From NCBI RefSeq assembly GCF_009914755.1, contig NC_060935.1: a stretch of DNA of 64,000 nucleotides; one strand, 5' to 3'. The DNA comes from the human T2T-CHM13v2.0 reference genome, Homo sapiens. Below are positions 12,933 to 26,290 of this stretch, piece by piece. The notes under the pieces were generated by a model. That model had not been told where the DNA came from and searched no databases. It worked only from the letters and a program-made list of their open reading frames with translations. The translations under genes and the position numbers were made by a program. How positions within the stretch are numbered: the first letter of the stretch is position 1; each line of letters starts with the position of its first letter.

Positions 12933-15649
12933 AAGAAAGGTGCCTAGAAGCCAATGGCTTGGACTGGAAAGTAGAACCAATGAGTTGGAGAATTTATAAA
13001 AACAAAGCCAGAAACAAGCATATCAACACTGGCCAAAATGATTTAACCATTTCCAAAGGTTAAATTCAGTTTAATGAGATTATTTTTAATAAAATTGAAA
13101 ATTATGAGTAAATTAGTAAAGTAATAATTATAATATTAGATCATATATAAAATAAAATATAATGGAAAATTATAAAAGCATTATTGAAAAAATACTGCAA
13201 AAAGGTCATTATTAGTCCCTACATTGTTTATCATGAAAACAAGGACCCTGAAAGGTGTTTATTCATTGCGTTTTAGGTAAAGAAGTGAGAAGTCATAGTA
13301 TCTTTAATGTGCAAGCCAAAATGTCTGGTATGGTAGTATACATAATCAGTGAGGAATAATTGGATCAACACACATCACATCAAATATATTTTTGAACAAA
13401 TATGTGCTCAAATGTGTTTATTTGTCCTTACAAAAAATATGGATATGAAATAAAGGCTTAGAGTGTAGTTACATAATTCCTTTTAGAGCATTCGTCTAAT
13501 GATTGTCTAATTCCTTTTAAAGGATGTGTTTAGAAAGGCCATGGTATTTAGATGTACCTACATTTAACCCAGGTAGAATTTAAAGAGAAAGCCCTGCTGT
13601 GAAAGGATAGTAATCTCCAATGACCCTAAAATCAGAGTAGAGTCTTCTTCCGCAAAATCAATCTCTTGATGTAAGCATTTGACCTGTTTTATGCTGAAGA
13701 GCTGGATCACAGCAATTACAGGCTTGTATTTCCTGGCAGAGAGACAAGCAAGGATAGATTTCCTCTGTTTTATGTTTGTGTTAATTTAACCTGTCAAAGT
13801 TAATCATCCTGTCGAAGTGCCAAAGCACCATGATGTTGGGTGTGGTAGAGCTGCCTGGTGCCTTAGTCTTATTTCCATCTCTGCTAGAGACTCGTTAAGT
13901 GCCCTTTGTTAAATCCTTTTCTGTCTCTCATTTTCTTTGTTTTTAAAATAGAAGGATTAATTATTATCTCCTGTGTTATATTTATGTTACATTTTATTAC
14001 TTTAGGTAATAGTTTAATGATATATACATGACATATTTTTATTTGTTCCCTGATTTTTTTTTTTAAATCGTGGGGGAGATAAACAAACTAATAATATAAA
14101 GATTGTTTAAAAAATAATGTACTCAAAAGAGCTGACCTGTTTGTTTGTTGCTTGGCATTTAACACTGAACTGCATATAGAACATACCAGTTTTTATTCTA
14201 AACATGTACGTGATTGTAAACAAGAAATGATCTTGTACTATGCGTGTGGCAAGGCAAGTATTTTTTAAACCTGTTTTGTCCTTACTCAGAGTCAATGTAA
14301 GGTCTTCCTTCATGTCCAGAGATATCTTATATTAACAAAAGTGTTGACCAAACTTCCACTGGACACATTTTTTCAATCTAGGAGTCTACACAACTTGAAA
14401 TATAAATGTACTATAAGATAATTGAAAATATTTCAGATAAGTCATCTATAATATTATAAACTTACTTCTAGGGTAGGATTATTTTCATAAGCATTGTGTC
14501 TCTTAGAGGAAAGCAATCCCACAAGAATTAGATATAAATTGCAGAATTTGATTTTCATAAGTGACTGTTTTATATTATAATTGATACTATGTTATTCAAT
14601 TTGGTAGTTGTTATGCTTTTCTTCTGAAATAGCAAACACTCTACTTGGGAAAAAATGCAGAAGAAAAACGTAGACTTGGTAAACATTTACATGCTATGGA
14701 CTAGCCTTACATAAAACTTGTTAGGATTGGTGTGTGTGCCCTTCTTAATCTCTTTATTTACTTACCAGTCGTGTACGTTTGTATCCTGTGTTCATTTTAA
14801 CCCTACTCCACCAAGCCCTTAAAAACACTGTTCCATATTTTTGTGTTTTATTTCATTTTTAACTGACACATAGTAATTGTACATAGTTATGAGATAAAAT
14901 GTTATGCTTTGAAATGTGTTTATTGAGTAATACATGTATTAAGTAATTTTCAAAACCACAATAGAGTGGATATTTAAAATAGTTTTTCATTAGGGTATGC
15001 ATTTTTTATTTTTCCAAATTAATCTACACCATCTTCAGTCCTTCTAAATAAGCAAAACATCCCTGTCATTATGCTATAATTCTAAAAATTCATGAATAAT
15101 AATTTTTCCAGCACCTTCTTAACCTTCTTACCTCTCATCAGTGGAGACCTAACCCCAAAACCTTCGGGAACAGTATTTTTGGTCTATAACACTACTCCTT
15201 TCTTCCATCAGAATTGGGAATATAACTTTGAATATATTATGAATGAGTCTTTTTTCTCGAATGTTTCCTAAAATAGTCTACATATGACCTCTACCAGCTC
15301 TACTAAGGTTCATCTTCATTTTTGGAGCACAAAATGTTTTTCTATTAATAAAATTTTGTGAGTTAAAGTGAAATTAATAATAGGCATTTAGAACAGAAAC
15401 TCTCTGCCAGCCTTCCTAATATTATACCGACATGCTGTCATTCATGTATTTGAGAAGAAATAATACTAATTCCAAATCCACTTTGAAACATGGTGCCAAT
15501 ACAGCCATGGTGGCTCTGTTCTGTCCTACATAATAATTACATCTGTGAAACAGGGACTCTGCATAGAATGCATGTTTGTATTCAACGTAATGGCATGATT
15601 TGGTAAAAGTTTCCTGTGTGTTATTTAGATGAAAATCAGGGTTGTTACC

Positions 15650-15778
15650 AACATACTCTCCTAGACTAAAAGCTCCATGAAGCAAAAGAATCATGTCTGT
15701 CTTCATACATTACACCTTCAGAGTGTAGAGCTGTGTTTGGAACATGATAAATATTTGCTAGATAAATGAATGAATGAG
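15650..15778 (+). mobile_element. L2 3' end
   Basis: ctagactaaaagctccatgaagcaaaagaatcatgtctgtctt...ataaatatttgc...aatgaatgaatga. Confidence 0.8.
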
Positions 15779-16191
15779 TGTACAAACTGGCATAATTTAC
15801 CTAGTTTTATAGTCTCCATTTGTTGTGTAACAAAAATAATCTTATGTTGATATAAAATTAATTTGCACCTCAGGACATAAAAAAGTTAATTTAATCAGAC
15901 TTATGAATTCTGAAGTGGGAGCAATTAAGTGTGATGTGTAACATTAATGGAAAATGCATTTTTTTATTTAACTACTTCTTTTGATGAAAAACACGCACGG
16001 TAATTAAAATAGTATATTTTAATGCATATTTTATTAATGCTCATCCTGGAAACTGTTAGTTCTACTTTTCAGTTGTTGTAAAACATCTGAAACTATTTTA
16101 TTTATGGGATGGGGAAATACACTTTGACAAAATTTATTCATTTTTAGAATAAAATTATCAGTGCAATTTAGACTCAAATCATAATAACACT

Positions 16192-16716
16192 TGTATTATT
16201 TATTGCTACATAACAAATTACTCCAAAATTCATAGCCTAAAGCATCATATATTTACCATCTCACATTTTCTGTGGGTTAAGAGTCTGTGAAGGACTAAGT
16301 AGGGTATTTCTGGCAAGAGGTTTTCCATGCGGATGTGATCCAGGTGTTGGCTGGGGCTGTAGTGATCCAAAGGCTTAACTAGAGCTGCAGAATTCACTTC
16401 CAAGAGAACTCACAAAACTGTCAGCAGGTGGGCTCAGGTCCTTACTGACTATTGATAAAAGCCCTTAGTCGCTTGCCACATGGATGTTTCTTTAGCCTAG
16501 CTTGAGTGTCCTCAGTGCTTAGTAGCTGCCTTGCCCAGACTGACTGATCCAAGAAAAAAGATAGAAGCCTCAATGTGTTTTACGACCTACCTTCGGAAGT
16601 CACACTCAAGCATTTTCACGATGTTCAGCCTGTTAGAAGTTACTAAGAAATGCACCACAATCAAATGTAGGGGAATTAGTCTCCACTGGTAGGTGTTATA
16701 TTTTAAAACTATCACA
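16192..16716 (-). mobile_element. MLT1 (MLT1F-like) MaLR solo LTR
   Basis: TG...CA termini; tattgctacataacaaattactccaaaatt, ggctggggctgtagt, cttcggaagtcacac, ttttaaaactatcaca. Confidence 0.85.
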
Positions 16717-16759
16717 AAATGTATTACTATCTTTCAGTCAACCCTACAAGGTTTATACA

Positions 16760-16925
16760 TAAAAACTTATTCAATTCTTACTGCAACTTTATGATATAAG
16801 GGTTTTAATTAGTCGATTTGTTCACAAGAAAACTGAGCACAGAGCACCTAAGTATCTTTCCCAATGTCACAAAACTAACTGGCTGCGTCACATTTTGTGC
16901 TCAAGCAGGTTGGTCCAAGAATGTA
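16760..16925 (-). mobile_element. MIR SINE
   Basis: aagaaaactgagcacagag...taagtatctttcccaatgtcaca. Confidence 0.65.
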
Positions 16926-17124
16926 TGCTTTTAAATATTGTCTTGTGCTGTACCTGTACTTGTGTTTTTATATTCAATGGAGATCTATTTGAGTAAGCAG
17001 TCTTTTTTTTTTTTAACTGCAAATCATAATTCACTGATTGGTCAACATAGAGTTTTGCTGTTAAGAGCTTATAGAAAGATAACAAATGCAAACTTTTTAA
17101 TCTAAGAAAAAATAGTATTTTTAC

Positions 17125-17246
17125 AAAATTATTTTAGCCACAGGGTCTTGCTGTGTTACTCATGCCAGCCTCAAACTCCTCGAACAATCCTCCCATCATA
17201 GTCCCCTGAGTGACTGAGACTACAAGTGCACACCACCATGCCCAGC
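17125..17246 (-). mobile_element. Free left Alu monomer (FLAM_A-like) with TSD
   Basis: cagggtcttgctgtgttactc...gagactacaagtgcacaccaccatgcccagc; flanked by aaaaatagtatttttac and aaaaataattatttttac. Confidence 0.85.
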
Positions 17247-18656
17247 AAAAATAATTATTTTTACTTAATTATATTTTACCTAAATTAAGTATAATTTTAA
17301 TTATTTTCTTTTCTCACATTTAGATATATCCTGTTACATAACATGGGAACTATGGTGAAATGCACACAATTTAAAAATTAATCTGTACCATGATACTTAC
17401 ATTAAACAAAGTGTTAATTGTATTCAAATAAAACACAAACATACACCATTCCAGTGTGACCACAGGAAGAAACAGTTCTTTTGGTTTCCACATACACATT
17501 TAGTTTTCAATGTATTAAAATTCAAATTAATATTAGCAGAAGCATAAATATAAACTAGTTTATCTATACCAGTCCCTATATTGACTTTAAAAAACTTATA
17601 ACATTTAAAGAAAATACTCCTTATAAAATTTTGTATTCAAATCGAATTAAGAACTTTACATTGAGAGAGTGAAGTATAAGTTACATTTCTAACAGAGACA
17701 CTGAAAGCCTGTCTAAACAATTTTTAATTTATACAATACAAATAACAATGATTGTGTCATGGGGATGTCCTTGGCTTTACAGCTTAGAGTGTCACGGAAA
17801 GAAAAATGAGTAAGGAAAACCACTAATTAGATACGTAAATCCTAGAGTTATGAGGCGAGCGGTCTAAATGGGAAAAAGCCAAAAACAGAAGGGACATATG
17901 CACCAATTCTTGTTTGGAGCTCGGGAAGCCTATATTGCCCATGTGATTTTACTCTCTAATCTCATTCATGTACATTAACGTCAACAGAAAAGAGGAAACA
18001 AACTTAATTTTATTTAACATCTTCTAGACTATTCTCAACACAAAATGTCAGTTCACTTAAACAAAATGTTAAATGTCGTTCAATACTAGGTCCGCTTCTC
18101 TAGTGTATCCCAACGGGAGGAGTCAGCTTTATTTGTACAGAACCATTTTTCTTAGGAAATGAAAAGTACTGATTTATCCTTCTTCCTGGTGTTTGTCTCT
18201 CTCTTGCTTCTACTTTAGTGAAAGCCGATCGGAATGAGAAAAGAAATTTTGCCCTTTCCTAGCTAAGATGTCACACGTTCATGCTGTAAAAATATATTGT
18301 TCCCAAATCTCTGTATCTCGGCTGGTTTGAAAATATATTTTGATACCTTTTTTCTTGAAGAAATTTGGGATAATTGAGAAATTTCTGATTTGTTTTGTAT
18401 ATTATGTCATTCGTTGTAATTTATGGACATGATTGAATTTAATAACTAACATAAAGATCTTAATAAAAATTAGATTCCATAAAAATCTGATTATACTTAT
18501 GATTTTTTTTTTGAATAGTCAAATCATCTTCAAAGCCTACAAGATATAAAAATATTTTCTGTTTTTTATCAGTTTTGTCATTGACTACTAAAAAAATACA
18601 TTGCTTCTTAGGAACTTTTAGGGAAGAAAAAGATATTACCTTTCAGAACTGATCCT

Positions 18657-18867
18657 CTACACCTGTGTTGACCACTAGCCACAAGTAGCCTTTCACATTT
18701 ACATTTAAACTAATTAAAATTAAATAAAATTAGAGATGTAGTTTCTTAGTAACACTAACCATACTTCAAGTGCTCAGTAGCCACACGTAGCTAGTGGCTA
18801 ACATATTAGACTGTGCAGATATGTCAAACATTTCCATCATCACAGAATGTTCCATTTTGCAGTGCTA
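18657..18867. mobile_element. MER3 hAT-Charlie DNA transposon
   Basis: ccactagccaca...taattaaaattaaataaaatt...ttcaagtgctcagtagccacacgtagctagtggcta...aacatttccatcatcacagaa. Confidence 0.9.
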
Positions 18868-19414
18868 TTTCATCAATTTATACCTGGGGCTTAATAGTTT
18901 AGGAGCAGTAAGCTTATTATATTTGCTTTGTGCTATTACTTTCTCTTGTTTAAGATCCCTAATTTGAATCTATGATATCGTGGTGACAGAAGCTAATCTC
19001 AAACAGGCTAAATTTTTTTGACTTGTCTGAAATATGTGTTAACATTCTAAAATATTTAATTACTCTTTTTGTTTTTAACAGAGCATTGTACCAGTGTTCA
19101 GAGATACTAAAAATCTGGCTTGCTTTAAAATTTTTTGAGAAGCTGTTTTTTAAGTACAACAAACCTCAGGCTGATATCATTCAGTACATTGTAAATGTGT
19201 ACAATATAGTGTTTGATATATAATTAGTATCTTTTGTATTAATTCAAATGTTATGGAAATATAATTAACTGTGATTTACTTTTTATGCTTTCATAACAGT
19301 GAGGTAGCAATCCTCATCTTGAGATTAGTATATCAATAAAAACTACTATATATATATGAATACCTCTACTATATATATATATGAATGCTTCTTATAGTTT
19401 GTGTGTGTTTGTGT

Positions 19415-19585
19415 GTTCTAATTCCAGCTCTGACACTTCGTAGCTTTGAGACCTAAAAAAAGTTAATCTTTCTAAACCTCATTTTCCACATTAGTAAATG
19501 GAGAAAATACTGCCTCCCAGATGCTATAAGAAAATGTCTTTCAAAAACTGATTACAATGCTGCCAGTGCTCAGTAAATGCTGTGT
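19415..19585 (+). mobile_element. MIR SINE
   Basis: attccagctctgacacttcgtagctttgagacct...aatctttctaaacctcattttcc...gtaaatgg. Confidence 0.7.
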
Positions 19586-20199
19586 ATAGTAATTAATATT
19601 ATTAATTACCAGTAGTTGTAGTATCACAATAACTTAAAAATAAATTACAACACATCAAAATAGTATTGATAGTTTATAATTTGAAAGTACAAAATAATGC
19701 AAGTATCCAGGGTTTTATATATTTCTGTATTTAAGACATAACTTGGACATGAATATATATCTATAAATGTGTGTATATGCCATAGTTAATTATAAAATAT
19801 TTACTTATATATAATGAATAAAAAAGTTTTTAAGACCCCTAGCCTCATGAAATGCTGCCTCCTCTATTGACTTCATTGACAAGCCAAGTTCATTGATATA
19901 TAAAAAAAAACTCAATCAACAAACACATCTTTTTTCATCTTAGTGCTTGCTATCCTTTTTGTCCTTGTCTCCTTTCTTTAAATATATTTCCACTCCCTAA
20001 AGTAGTCTTTTCTGTGTGGTTAAAACACAGAAAAATGTAAGTAAAATTATGATTTTGCTTACCTTTTATACTATAATTAAATTATATATGTTCATATTTT
20101 ATCTTTCTACCTATGCAGTGCTTAGAATAATGCTCTGCTGATAAAACATGCCTAATAAATGCTTTTTGAATGGATAAACCTACCAATGAAGTGATTATA

Positions 20200-20677
20200 C
20201 TTGTTAGGTCTTTCTCCAACAAAACATCTCAAAACTCATTAACTTAAAATAATAACCATTTATTATTGTTAATGACTTCACAGGTCAGCGGGATTCCTCA
20301 TGAATCTGTGAGCAGTTTTGTGAGTAGGGTGTATATATTTGCTCGTCTTGGCAGAGCTCTCTCACATGACTTGGGCTTTGACTGGGGAAACTAAGTGTAT
20401 TCAACTGTGACCATATAGTCTGTCATCACTCAGCAGGTTAGAATGTGGTTGGATTTATGGCAAATGAGCAAGGAACTAAGATATAAAGTGCAAGTGTGCA
20501 AAGCCCCTTGAGGTTTAGTCTCAGACTGGCATGATATCATGCTGCATTACATTTGACCAAAAAAGTTACAAGGCCTATCCTTTTGATGGGAGATGCTGCA
20601 AAACCACATTGAAAGAACATGGATACAGAAAGAGAAATAATTGAAGCCATATTTGAACAAAAAAAAAATCTACCACA
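20200..20677 (-). mobile_element. MLT1 (MLT1H-like) MaLR solo LTR
   Basis: aaaactcattaacttaaaataataaccatttatt ... cttttgatgggagatgctgcaaaaccacattg ... aatctaccaca. Confidence 0.8.
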
Positions 20678-21177
20678 GGCAGATCTTCTCTATACTCTTC
20701 TCTGCCCCACTCTTTTCCTAGAAAGCCCAACTTATAAATTCCAGTGAGGGAATCCTTTGATCCCCTGGGGAGTTACAAAAAAACTGCTCTCACAAGTTCT
20801 TCAATATTCCCCTGATTTAACTTTTCTCAATTATCTCATTGGGTGTGCTGTCTCTTTGATTCTGAAACTCTGAGTGATACAGGTATAAGATGGATCTTGC
20901 TTCAAAGTTAAAACATTTGTCGCATTCAGTTGAAATGTCTTTACTTTAGAAATTAACATTTTGTCAAAAAGCAAAACATGCCCAGATTTTTAAATATTTA
21001 TTTTGATTCCCCAAGTCATGAACGCAGAAAAACAGGTAACAAAACATATTTATGTTCTGAAATAATAAAACATTTAATAATTAAATAATCAATGAATACT
21101 TAAAACTACACCTCACTAATTTGAATTTCGAATAACATCTGTATCTTTCCTGTAATTTTTTAAAATTTAATTTATTG

Positions 21178-21350
21178 AGTTCAGATCCCAGCTTCACTCT
21201 TGCTTTGTGATCACTGGGCAAACTACTTTTCTCATCTATAAAGTGGAAATAATAAAACAATTTACCTTATAAAGTTATGAGAAATATATTAAATATAAAT
21301 TGTTAAGAAGAATGTCTTAGAAATTTTAACTGCTTAATAAATAATATCTA
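21178..21350 (+). mobile_element. MIR SINE
   Basis: gagttcagatcccagct...tttctcatctataaagtggaaataataa. Confidence 0.7.
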
Positions 21351-22539
21351 TTAGTGTACCAATAGAAACAGGAATTGTAGTAGTGGTAAAAAAAGTACCT
21401 TCTGAAAATTTTTATTTGAGTGTATTTTTTTATACAAACTATATATATGTATACAAATATATACACACTTTTCACAAATATTATTTAAGGGCTACTATTT
21501 CTATCAAGTTTTATGTCATAATTTAGTCATTCTATCACTGTGAAATATTTTAAGTATTTCTAATTTTCTCCTATAAAGAAGTAGTTCTAAAATCAAGATA
21601 TTTGCACATAATACTTTTATAATTAGGATTATTGCAAAAGAAGAGTCAAAAGGCTGCAATTATTAGGATATGTGATATAAACTTTAAAAAACAACTCTAC
21701 TCATTTATTTCTATTACTTCCATTTGCCTGTTTAAACCGTTATTACTAAAGTAAGAAGGGCCTCATTTTCTAAAGCAACATACATATCATTTTGAAAATC
21801 TTTGCTAATCATATACATAGAAGAATATGCTTTGTGTTGTGCTAGGTGCTGAGGGAGTTGATTTGAATTAGAAGCAATACAGGTACCCAGGAGAAGTTTC
21901 ATTTTTTAAAATTTTAAGCCAGACATTCTTCCATATATTTATTAACCAGTTGGTTTTTCTCTAGTCTGTCATCACTGTTTACATCATTAGCCTCTTTATG
22001 TACTGCTCCCCAGCAGTTGAATACTAATAATCTAGCTTCATATCATTTCTCAGTTTGATGTCTTTATATAGTCATTTCCTAGACTTCCATGTGACTCTAC
22101 CCTTGGCAACTCATGCACTCACACCATTGAGACTCACTGAACCTGAAATGGCCCTTTTAGAAGCCTTGCTCTCTTTGTCATTACCAGACTGCTATGTAAA
22201 GACCAGTGACAGCTTGTTGTTTTATTTCTTGAATTGTGCTGACAACATTGTTTTTTTCTGGGACATTGTGTTTGTAGTTCATGGCAAGAAGAGACGTGTT
22301 TCTTTTTTTATCCTCTCATTTCAAATATGTACCATTTTTGCTATTTGCAGTACTGAACTATATTTATAACTCCTCTAGTCAAAGAGGAAATCCTGTTGTA
22401 TAACTCAAAGAAAGTTTGGCTTCTTTGATTTGTATTTTAAATATAGGTTCCTGAAAAACAACATGTATTATAGTGACTTAGTGTATTTTAAAAAATGGAG
22501 CCATTTTAAGAACTACGATAGATAAAAAGCGAAAAGTTG

Positions 22540-22810
22540 ACTAGTGTCTTCTACAGAAGTATTTGTAAAACCAAGACAGGGTTTACAAAATTCCCTGGAT
22601 CACGACACAACAATGCAGAACTGGGTAAATCTAACATTGATTTACAAAGAGAGGAAGTTCTGATTATTGAGGTCAATTTTTCATAGACAGGTATAGACTG
22701 GAGCACGGGTTTCAAATACAAAATAATTCACGTAAGTTGTTTTTACACAAAGAAAGCAAAGCCTGTTTCCGACTCAGGAATCTAGTTGACTTCATTATTA
22801 ACAAACTGAT
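22540..22810 (+). mobile_element. L3/CR1 LINE fragment
   Basis: ctgggtaaatctaacattgatttaca...aagttctg...caggtatagactgg...tagttgac resembles the CR1 ORF2 C-terminal region. Confidence 0.4.
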
Positions 22811-22914
22811 ATTCAGGAGCCTTTTTTCCTCACACAGTGTCAGTGTTTCCTTTAGCAAAACGAGAATCTGTTGTAACATGGAAATGCTTGGAAGGTCTGG
22901 GGTGTACTTGAATA

Positions 22915-23490
22915 TAATATTTATTATGTGCTTACTATGTGCTAACAGTGGGCTAGGCTTTCACTTGCTGTATTTTATTCACAAGAACCCTGTGAATAAC
23001 TGGTAAGTTTAACAGATGTAGTCATGAGGATGGAGATGAGTAAATATCACTCTAAAATCATTGAATATAAAATTCAAGTTTGTCCTTTTTCAGAATTCAA
23101 GTTTTTTCTCACTGAAGCACATTTCCTAAAAAATAAGATAATTTAGAAAAATTTAATAGATTTTCATAAAAAACCATTTCAAAATTTTTTGTACTTGAGA
23201 TTAAGTTTGGTATAAAATAATAGAGATGCTGATTATGATGATGATAGTGATTATGAGGATGATGATAAGGAGCTAAAATATTGAATGCCTGATCTTTCAT
23301 AGGCACTTTAATATATGCTTTATGTATGTTTATTTTGGAAGAGTCATATCACAAAAGCATTGCTATCCGCACTTTACCAAGCTGAGGCAACAAGAGCTTA
23401 TATACCTCATCCAAGGTCATCTAACTAGTAAATATCTCAGATGAAATTAAGAAGTAGGACATCTTCACTCATGACCATTAATTAGTATAA
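22915..23490 (-). mobile_element. Two MIR fragments separated by a (TGA)n tract
   Basis: tttattatgtgcttactatgtgctaacagtgggctagg...cacaagaaccctgtga; second copy tattgaatgcct...ctcatccaaggtcatctaactagtaa. Confidence 0.65.
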
Positions 23491-25639
23491 TTTTATGTAG
23501 TAATCTGTATTAAATATACATTATTCAAATGTATCTGAAAAGCACATCCCACAGCACAAAGCACTTTCACTAGTTCTACAACATTCTTGGTAGTAGATCA
23601 ATGAGTCCTGTCAATATAGTGGACCGTTCCATTGTGACCTGGATTCCATTCCTAAACTTGCCTCAGACCTTTCAAAGAAAAATCAGGGCCTTAGGTATAA
23701 TGTCAAGTGAAAATATTGACATATTATAATGAAGAATCCAGGGGATTAAACACCACTATAAAAACATATACTTTGCGAAGTACTCTATCCTTGCCACTCT
23801 AACAGTCAACCATTTGGTGTTTTGTTATTTCAATATTTCCACTGAATACATTTCGGTTATATTTAATCTTTCTGTCAAACCTATTGGACTCACTGCCTCC
23901 TCCTTCGTATTCTTCAACTAGGTGTTTCTATTGTTACTGAACTCTGAAGTGGAAGCTACACCAAAATACATATGTGTCTCAACTAGTGAACCTCAGTTTG
24001 CTGGTTGGCTAAGACACTTTCTTTTCATTAGAAACTTAGGTTGCTAGAAATATTTCACTCTTATCCACCAGAGAAAAAACAGTTGAAACTTGCTATGCTG
24101 CACTGAATTCTAAGACAGACTAATCAATCTAATTCCATCTAAACCTATTTACCCTGTCCAGGAGATCTGCTAATGAGGAATGCCAGTAACTCCTAGTTCC
24201 TGACACTGCTTTCCAAAAGTGAGTTAATGAACCAGTTTAAAGGGACATGCTTGACATTTGCAAATTAGTTTAACTGGCTTGTTGGGGCAGCTTTGAACTG
24301 CATTGGACTGATATGGTTGTCATTAAACCATTCCATCATGTAGTATTTTTATACTTCAGTAAACTTTAAAAGATACCTTAATAATTGAATAAGTCCGTGT
24401 TATCTAGTATTTTTTACATTGCTTGATTATGATGCTGAAGTTCAGAATTTTAAAAATGCTTTTTCTTCAATCTCCACGATAATATTGTGCAATTTTGTGA
24501 GGATGCCAATCAAAAGTAACGCAGCTTTTGCACAAAAGTGTGTATTATCAGTAATTACAGGTGGCTCGGTGCTTTCACCTGAAAGCACAGAGGGTGGGTT
24601 TGGTGTTTTAAATGTCTGCGTCATGGGGAAAGAGGGGGAGACACAATCTGAGGTTTCTAGGCAACAAAGCATAATATATCTGTTCTTTACAATCGACTCA
24701 GAAAAAGAAAAAAAATCAGGATATTTTTAAAGGTAATATAGTTTTCTTTAATTATAAGAGAAATAGTTTAATTTGGAAATAGGGTATATTTACAAAGGAA
24801 TTGATTCATCCATTTATGAAATGTATTTATATACCTACTTTATTTTAGGTTCTGAGCTGAACACTGACAATATAAATACAAAAGAAAAAATACTATATAT
24901 TTTTTCTCATGGGGCTTAAATTGGGATGAAGAAGATGTACCCTCCAAAACAAAGGAATAAATGGAATTTTGCAAAATTTAACACATATGAAATAAATCAA
25001 AAGCAATTGATGAAAGCTATGAGAAATAAATGAGGGCTTTTTCTATCTAAATTAGAATGGTGTTTTAATATCATCAAAATCGTTTAGACAAAGGATCACA
25101 GGTGACATGATTTTGAGCCTACCTAAGGTGGAATGCCAAAACCAAACCTCAAATAAAGTTATGAAACTGAAAAAGGTACACATTCAATGAAAGGTTTGAC
25201 TAGAAAAAAATTCAATTGCCAGCAAGAAAAACAATATGGAAACATATCTGTTTACCTGGGTTCTAGGTTAAAAAAAAAAATGAACAAACCAAAATCTCCA
25301 CCCTGAAATTTTATAGCTATAGACCCAATCTCTGATGGCTTTGAGGATCTCTGTTTTATACAGTATACAGTATTATTTATGCTCTCTGGAGGAATGTATT
25401 CTCAATCCAAGCCCCAAAGACTTTTCATATATATGAACCAGTAATAAGCCAGTTGCAAGTACATAATCTAAAGTTAATAATAATCTTTTGAAAGTACCAG
25501 GACTTAATGGACTATTCATGAAGTCAGCAGAAATAACATATGAATGAATTATGTCACCAAGTTATTAATAATTATTAGTTAATAGTTAATAGTTAATTAT
25601 ATTGAATATATTTACAGTTATATATAACAACATCAAGGA

Positions 25640-26045
25640 ATCAAGGAAATAAAAAGAGACTTGCAGATTAAAAAAAATCACATAAAATTTCTAGTAAATC
25701 ACAAAAATTTAAAAATCAGTGCATGGATTGATCAATAGATTAACAACCAAGGATTACAATTACTAAACCTGAAGATAAATTTGAAGATATTAATCAGAAT
25801 AAGCATAGATAACAAGAAAATGTCAAAGACAGGTTACTGAATAGAATTAAAAGATCTGATTAAGGATTCAGACAGGACAAAGAGAAAGCAAAGAGAGGGG
25901 AATAGAATGATCAGAGTTTTTATTTAATATGTTTGTGGCTAGAAATTATCCACAAAGATAAAAGGAATTTTCAGATTCAGAAAGCAGAAACCCCAAGCCA
26001 GAATAACAAAAAGAAATCCTCATATAAATACCATGAAACAAAACT
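25640..26045 (+). mobile_element. Ancient L1M ORF1-region fragment
   Basis: A-rich; aacctgaagataaatttgaaga...cagattcagaaagcag...ccaagccagaataacaaaaagaaatcc. Confidence 0.65.
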
Positions 26046-26290
26046 GCCAGATCTAGAGTGAGGCAAGTGAGATATTCAAGGGCTCAAAATGTAAAAAGGC
26101 AATTTCTGTAACACTGATGTAAGTGCAAAATCAGCTAAGAGTGAGTGCTTCCTCACCTATGTCCAGAGCATCTTATCCATAGCTCAGGTGGTTCTCACTC
26201 ACAGGTTTCTGCCTGACCCTGCTTGTGCAACACCTGGGAATAAGTGCATCCTTAAATATTTCTCCCTGGGTCCTGACTGACTCACCTGCT
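26046..26290. mobile_element. MER96-like hAT MITE, apparently doubled
   Basis: ctagagtgaggcaagtgag...agggctcaaaatgtaa at left end; ccttaaatatttctccctggg...ctcacc at right end; internal gagtgagtgc and ctcactc arms. Confidence 0.55.

Noticed and set aside
24419-24730. Overlapping 103-aa and 76-aa ORFs in unique DNA
   Set aside because: No recognisable domain or convincing splice sites; lengths expected by chance.
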